Positions 58,672 through 64,000 of a DNA stretch of 64,000 bases are shown here, one piece after another. Each line of letters starts with the position of its first letter. Positions within the stretch are counted from its first letter, which is position 1. Origin of the DNA: Abditibacterium sp. (GTDB lineage Bacteria > Armatimonadota > Abditibacteriia > Abditibacteriales > Abditibacteriaceae); the NCBI GenBank assembly GCA_965199495.1, contig CBDASK010000003.1, positions 3,552,001 to 3,616,000 of the forward strand. Reading direction: 5' to 3'. The translations under genes and the position numbers were made by a program. The notes under the pieces were generated by a model. The model did not search any database and was not told the DNA's origin. It was given only the letters and a program-made list of their open reading frames with translations.

Positions 58672-59070
58672 TTAGCGGCGAATTCGGTTGTCGTCCTTAC
58701 CGTTGCCGCCGACCAACGCCGTGGCTAACGCATTCACTACCGAAAGAACCAACGCGCCAACCAGCGCCGCGCCAAAATTAGAAACGTTGAAGCCCTTGAC
58801 CGCAGCAGCCACGGCGTAGAACATCAGGCCGTTGATGAGCCATGACAGAATCAGGCTCCACAAACCTAACGTCAGACACGAAAGCGGGAGCGTCAAGGCT
58901 TGCGCGATAAATTCCAAAATCGGCTTAATAACCGCGTTGACCAATCCCAAAATCAGCGCCGCGATGAGAGCGTCGCCGATGCCGTTGACCGAAATCGCGC
59001 CGCCCGACAAATTGGCGATGCCGATGAGCGCGAGCGCGCTGATAACCAGCCGAATCAAAAACGAAAACAT
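58672..59070 (-). CDS. YvlD/DUF360 four-TM membrane protein (annotated phage-holin family)
   Basis: ALILGLVNAVIKP, TLPL..LTLGL, FG.AL.GALVLSVVN. Confidence 0.85.
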   Translation of the reverse strand: MFSFLIRLVISALALIGIANLSGGAISVNGIGDALIAALILGLVNAVIKPILEFIAQALTLPLSCLTLGLWSLILSWLINGLMFYAVAAAVKGFNVSNFGAALVGALVLSVVNALATALVGGNGKDDNRIRR

Positions 59071-59191
59071 GAGACAACGACGCGCAGGGCATTTAAGCGT
59101 GAGCGTCAAGCGCAAAGTATAGCGGGCGATTGGAGGCTTCATCTCAGCGAAGCGCGACAAGGGGAAAGGACGCGATAAACTTCCGCGCTGG

Positions 59192-62100
59192 ATGCAAACT
59201 GTTCTCGCCGCTTATCTCATCGAACTCGCGCTCAAACGCGCCAACCCGCTTTCGACCGACGAACTTTCGCTGCGCGATGCGCTTTCCGACTTGCTCAACC
59301 AATCGGCGAAAGAGTTGGGCAAATCGGTTCAGTTCGTCGGCGAGGCCAAAGTTATCGCGCAGGGCACGCGGCCCGATTACATCATCGCGCGCGGCGATTT
59401 GCCCATCGGCTACATCGAAGCCGAAAAATATGGCGCCGACCTCGCCAACCTCAAAGGCCACGCCAAGAAACAGAACGACGCCTTTATCGCCGACCTCGAT
59501 AACTTTCTGCTCACCAATCATCTCGACAATCGCCTTTAGAATAAAGGCGATTGTGTCGCATCTGTTACTTTTCCCGCCGATCCGAAACTTCTGACCGACG
59601 CTCATGCGGCGGCGTGGCTGGCGTTGTGCGAACGGATGCTCGCGGGCGAAATCCAGACGATTGCCACGCCCAAAGATTTGGCGATTCTGCTGTCGCGGCG
59701 CGCGCGTTTGCTGGCGGGCGCGGCGCTGGCCGATTTGGGCGTTGACGACGAAAGCCCGGTTGACTTCGCCTACGCCCAGTTCAAGGCCGAGCTTTTGACC
59801 GACATTGATAAGGCCGAATTCGCCGACGTTTATGCCGAAACTTTGACCTACGGTTTGTTCGCCGCGCGCTGTCTGAGCGACGACAAATTCACCGTCGCCA
59901 GCGCCGACCGCGCCTTGCGCGAGATTCCCCTGTTGTCGTCGCTGTTCCACGATTACGAATTCCGCATAGACGACAACCTGCGCTGGATTCTGGACGAAAT
60001 CGTCGCGCTGCTCGATGCCGCGCCGATTGCGGGCATCACCGATTACTTCGCCAACCGCAGCGGGCGCGCCGACCCGATGCTCGACTTTTACGAGCCGTTT
60101 TTGGCCGCCTTCGACCCGCGCAAACGCGAGGCGCGCGGCGTCTATTACACGCCCGAACCCGTCGTCGGCTACATGGTGCGCAGCGTCGCCGCGCTATTGG
60201 AACGCGATTTTAATCGCAAAATTACCGATAAAGAAGTCCGGGTTCTCGACCCAGCCACGGGCACCGGCTCGTTCTTGTTCGCCGTGGCTGATGAGATCCA
60301 TCGCCAGATCGTTGACTTCGACGCGGCTTCGTGGAACGCCCAAACGGTCGAGAATACGCTCGCGCGTTTGTTCGGGTTGGAACTGATGGTCGCGCCTTAT
60401 ACCATCGCGCATCTCAAGTTGCGCCTGCAATTCGGCGCCTGGGGCACGCCGCCCCGCAGTCGCGTCGGGATTTATTTGTCCAACACGCTCGACGACCCGC
60501 GCGGCAATTATGGCGGCACGGTCGAAATGGTGAAAGAGCTTAAAACCGCCGATCAAATCAAAAGCGAAACCGAGATATTAGTCGTTATCGGCAATCCACC
60601 TTACGCTGGTCATAGCGCCAACGTCACCAAACGCGAGGTCACCGAGAACACGAGCGGTGCCATCTTGCGCAAAGGCAAAGCGGCTTCTTATTCTGAGAGT
60701 CGTGTTGTCACCAAACACAACGAAGTTGGCGCTCGCGTCGAGAGTTATAAATTTGTTGACGGCGTGAAATTGAGCGAACGCAATCTGAAGTGGTTACAAA
60801 ATGATTACGTGAAGTTTTTAGCATTCGCGCAAAACCGTATCGCGCGCACTGGAGAGGGCATCGTGGCTTACATCACAGATCGCGGCTATCTCGACAACTC
60901 GACTTTTCGCGGTCTACGCGCCAATTTGATGGATGAGTTCGACGCTTTGTATGTCCTCGATTTGCATGGTAGTGCCAAGAAAAAAGAGAAGTCGCCTGAT
61001 GGGAGCGCCGACCAAAACGTCTTTGCGATTCAGCAGGGAGTCGCAATTTTATTAGCTGTCAAAACCAAAGGTTCGAGCGGTGCGCGCGCCTCGGTTTATC
61101 ACGCCGACTTGTGGGGACGCAAAAAAGAAAAGGAAGACGCTCTTGGTGCTAACGATGTCTTGACGACGGCTTGGCAAACTCTAACGCCCAAAGCCCCGCA
61201 TTATCTGTTTTTGCCGCGCGACGAAACCCATCTGGAAGAATACAAACAAGGCTGGAAAATCACCGATGTTTTCAACCAAAATGGCGAACCTGCACCTGGC
61301 TTTGTTACGACGCAAGATCAATTTGCCATTTCATTTTCCGCCGATGAAGCCAAAACCAAAGTTAAATCATTATTGGCATCCAAAGACGAAACCGACGCCC
61401 GCAAGCTCTTTCGCTTATGTTCGCAAGATCAATGGAATTACGCTAACGCTAAACGTGATCTGGCCGTTCAAAACTGGGAATCAGAAGTCATCCCCGTTCT
61501 CTACCGCCCTTTCGATACTCGCTGGACAATTTGGAATTCCCACGTCGCCGTCCATCGCCGCGAGCGAGTTAATAAACACATGATTCGCACAAACAACATC
61601 GCGCTTTGCACGGTTCGCGGCTTGGAAACACCAGATTTTGAACACGTTTTTGTTTCCGATATCGCAATGCAACATCACACAGTTTCAATCAAAGAAGTCA
61701 ACTATATTTTCCCACTTTATCTCTACGTAGAACCCAAATCTCCGACGAAAGAACAAACCGGAACTCTCGCTGAACTTGATTTGGAATCGGTCGGTCTGGA
61801 AAAGCGCGCCAATCTCAACCCGAAGTTCGTCGCGGCCATCACGTCCATCGTCGGCGTGGCTGCTTCGCCGGAAGCGATTTTCGATTACATCTATGCCACG
61901 CTGCATCGGCCCGACTATCGCGCGAAATATGCGGCGTTTCTCAAAACCGATTTTCCGCGCATCCCGCTCCCGCGCGATGGCGAGCAGTTCGAGGCGTTGC
62001 GTTCGTTGGGCGCGCGGCTCGTCGCGCTGCATTTGCTCGATGAGAAGCGCGCGCCCGCGCTCGCGCAGTCGCCGTTCAAGCCGGTCGGCGAGGGTGATAA

Positions 62101-62356
62101 CATCGTCTCCGGCGCGCGCTATGACGAGGCCGAGCAGACGATTGGTTTCAACGCGACGCGCGGCTTCGCGCCGGTTTCGCGCGCGGTGTGGGAGTTCAAA
62201 ATCGGCGGTTATCAAGTCGCCAAGAAATGGCTCGACGACCGCAAAGGCCGAGCGCTCGAATTCGAGGAGTTGCAGCATTACGCGCAAGTTTTGGCCGCGC
62301 TGCAAGGCACGATTGAGGCGATGGCGGCGTTGCAATCGTTGGCGCGTGAGGGATAA
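59192..62356 (+). pseudogene. Single-polypeptide restriction-modification enzyme (Type IIG/ISP-like) interrupted by one in-frame TAG at 59537-59539
   Basis: N-terminal RPDY...GYIEA nuclease in frame with the MTase (GVYYTP, DPATGTGSF, GNPPY) and a C-terminal specificity region (YRPFD, DFPRIP, IGGYQVAKKWL). Confidence 0.85.
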
Positions 62357-62500
62357 ACCCCCGCACCTGCCGATTCTCAAGCAATCTTCGCCTAAATTGA
62401 ACGTGAAACCGCGCGAATGTTCATCAGTCCGCGACGACTGTTTATCCGCTTTATAATTAACCGAAAATGTTCGCGTCTCAAACTTAAACGCGAACAAGGC

Positions 62501-62540
62501 AAAAGGGCACCAAGAGATTGATTTCTCTTGGTGCCCTTTT
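62501..62540. terminator. Bidirectional terminator between convergent genes
   Basis: AAAAGGGCACCAAGAGA-N6-TCTCTTGGTGCCCTTTT. Confidence 0.8.
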
Positions 62541-62557
62541 ACTTGCGAGGCCAAAAT

Positions 62558-64000
62558 CTAATTCGCGCCGAGTTTCCGTTTGGGAATCGCGGCTTTAATC
62601 GGCTTTTCGATGGATTTGACCGGCGCGATTTTCGATTGCACTTTTTTGGGCGTCGGCGCGGGCGTTAATTCCGGTTTATCCGACGCGGGTTTCGGCGCGA
62701 CAACCGGCGAGGCGGTCGGCGTGGCTGCTGTTGCGGGCGTTGTTGTGTCGGCGTCTGTTGCGGTTGGCGTCTCGAAGGGCAGGGCGCTGACGCGGTTGGC
62801 GTCGATGTCGCGGCGGCGCAGGGTTTTCAAGTCGGCCAGCACGTTGGTGAACTGGCCTACAATCGCATCGAGTTTGTCGTCGCCGGTCTGGGCTTCGTAG
62901 ACCTCGATTTCGCCCAGCGAAACCGCGCGGTCGGAGTTGACGTTGGGATCGGCGTTGGGCAAAACGATGCCGGGGCCATTGGCCTGAAACACGAAACGCG
63001 CGTATTTGGCTTCGACCGGCGTGAACTTGAAATCCTGATTGACCGGCTCGTTTTTCAGGTTGAACACGCCCGCCGTTTTCCACGGGCCGGTCGAATAGCT
63101 GCCGTTGGTGACCTGCAATTCGACGCGGCGCGCCCAGCGCAAATCGCTCTGGTTGGAAGTCGGATTGAGCGTGACTTTACCCAACAAATGCGTGCGGTCG
63201 TTAGCGAAACCGACGGTGACGAACTCTTTGCCCGGCTCGAAACCCTGCGACGCCCAGCCGTTGGAACCCTTGTTTTCCAACGGGCGAAAGTTATCGCCGT
63301 CAATCAGTAGGTTGGGGCCATATTTCGGGTCGTTGTCATAAGTCGAGGACGAGGCCATGATCTGGCCGCCGTTTTTGGCCGCCGCGATGTTGACGTTCGC
63401 GCCCGCTTTCGTTGTGGCGTTGGCGCTCACAGTTTGAAAAGCCGCGCCGCCTTCGGCCTGCAATTTCTTGTAGGCGTTGAGTTGGGTGACGGCGTTCTCG
63501 AAACGATTAATCACGCCGCCCATTGGATCGGCATTGCCGATGGCTTCATAAATCTCGACCTCGCCCAGAGCCACGGCGCGGTCACTGCCATAATTCGAGC
63601 GAAACATCAACTTCACGAAACGCGCGTCAGTCGGCAGAATGTCGAAGCTCTGCGGCTCGCCTTTCTGCTGCAATGTCAGTTGGGCGACCGGCAGATACGG
63701 GCCTTCGGCGCTGTCGGTCGAGACCTGCACTTCGACATCTTTGACCCAGCGTTCGGGCGGCAAGTCGTTGGTCGGGTTAATCACGATGCGGCCCAACTTC
63801 ACGATGCGATTGCCCGCGAAACCCAGCGTGACCGAATCCATCGCAATCGGATCGTAGCTGTTGGAAGCCCAACCGCGCGAACTTTTGGGGCGCGCCGAGT
63901 TATAGACCTGTCCGTCAATCAAGTTGGACGCCGCGTAAAGCGGATCGTTATTGAAGGTGGAAGTGGAGGCCAGCACGCGCCCGCCGTTGGCGGCGGCGGC
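62558..64000 (-). CDS. Tandem discoidin/F5-8 type C-like domain protein with P/T/K-rich tail, 5' partial
   Basis: Two repeats of NGG...SST...NLLIDG...GWAS...ARF...LGEIEVYEA; frame open to the window end. Confidence 0.7.
   Translation of the reverse strand, partial: AAAANGGRVLASTSTFNNDPLYAASNLIDGQVYNSARPKSSRGWASNSYDPIAMDSVTLGFAGNRIVKLGRIVINPTNDLPPERWVKDVEVQVSTDSAEGPYLPVAQLTLQQKGEPQSFDILPTDARFVKLMFRSNYGSDRAVALGEVEIYEAIGNADPMGGVINRFENAVTQLNAYKKLQAEGGAAFQTVSANATTKAGANVNIAAAKNGGQIMASSSTYDNDPKYGPNLLIDGDNFRPLENKGSNGWASQGFEPGKEFVTVGFANDRTHLLGKVTLNPTSNQSDLRWARRVELQVTNGSYSTGPWKTAGVFNLKNEPVNQDFKFTPVEAKYARFVFQANGPGIVLPNADPNVNSDRAVSLGEIEVYEAQTGDDKLDAIVGQFTNVLADLKTLRRRDIDANRVSALPFETPTATDADTTTPATAATPTASPVVAPKPASDKPELTPAPTPKKVQSKIAPVKSIEKPIKAAIPKRKLGAN

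Larger units (their letters stand above)
495..63578. other. Dispersed over-represented motif GCAGCCACGGCG (consensus GYAGCCACGNCG)
   Basis: At least 18 perfect 12-mers and about 60 AGCCACG-core copies counted by eye, on both strands. Confidence 0.85.

Noticed and set aside
58672..59070. Holin-family gene as evidence of a prophage
   Set aside because: YvlD-like proteins commonly sit near rapZ-yvcK and there are no phage genes nearby.
4793..59539. Stop-codon reassignment or Sec/Pyl readthrough to explain three in-frame stops
   Set aside because: TAG and TGA terminate many intact conserved genes here (iscS, mnmA, clpB, hrcA); the stops are isolated and fall in dispensable genes.
495..63578. 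Dispersed motif as Chi/KOPS, HIP1 or the target of the local R-M enzyme
   Set aside because: Near-equal counts on both strands (10 versus 8) argue against polar motifs, it is not palindromic, and R-M sites are shorter and not usually enriched to this degree.
1..64000. CRISPR array, tRNA or rRNA genes
   Set aside because: No regularly spaced direct repeats with unique spacers, no cas genes and no cloverleaf or rRNA signatures seen; the repeats are palindromic or microsatellite.

Overview
GC-rich bacterial chromosomal segment with no rRNA, tRNA or CRISPR array visible. Gene content is reminiscent of Terrabacteria such as Abditibacteriota/Armatimonadota, but this cannot be proven from the window. 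Housekeeping genes: baeRF3-like factor (partial), glnE, iscS-mnmA, hrcA-grpE-dinB-like-dnaJ (no dnaK), a P450, clpB behind tandem HAIR boxes, phoD, dedA, an unannotated bS22-like ribosomal peptide, rsmI, redoxins, an intein-containing dnaE, class I aldolase, a kdpFABC locus with an atypical regulatory module, a carbonic anhydrase and yvlD-rapZ-yvcK. Accessory DNA: a toxin-antitoxin/Fic island with decayed antitoxin copies, HNH and GIY-YIG nucleases, and a single-chain restriction-modification gene broken by one stop codon. Most notable signals: (1) a non-palindromic motif GCAGCCACGGCG (consensus GYAGCCACGNCG) at about 1 per kb on both strands, mostly inside genes, resembling a DNA uptake sequence; (2) a GIY-YIG gene bracketed by inverted 116-bp TGTC-tagged palindromes, a candidate mobiliser of CGTC/TGTC-type REPs; (3) an R-M stop codon that flipping a 3-nt hairpin loop would remove; (4) a DnaE intein carrying a Vsr/DUF559-like rather than LAGLIDADG nuclease; (5) a kdp locus with split KdpD, two response regulators sharing an unrecognised output domain, an attenuator-like leader, a DUF2294 gene and extra small peptides. 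All counts were made by eye.
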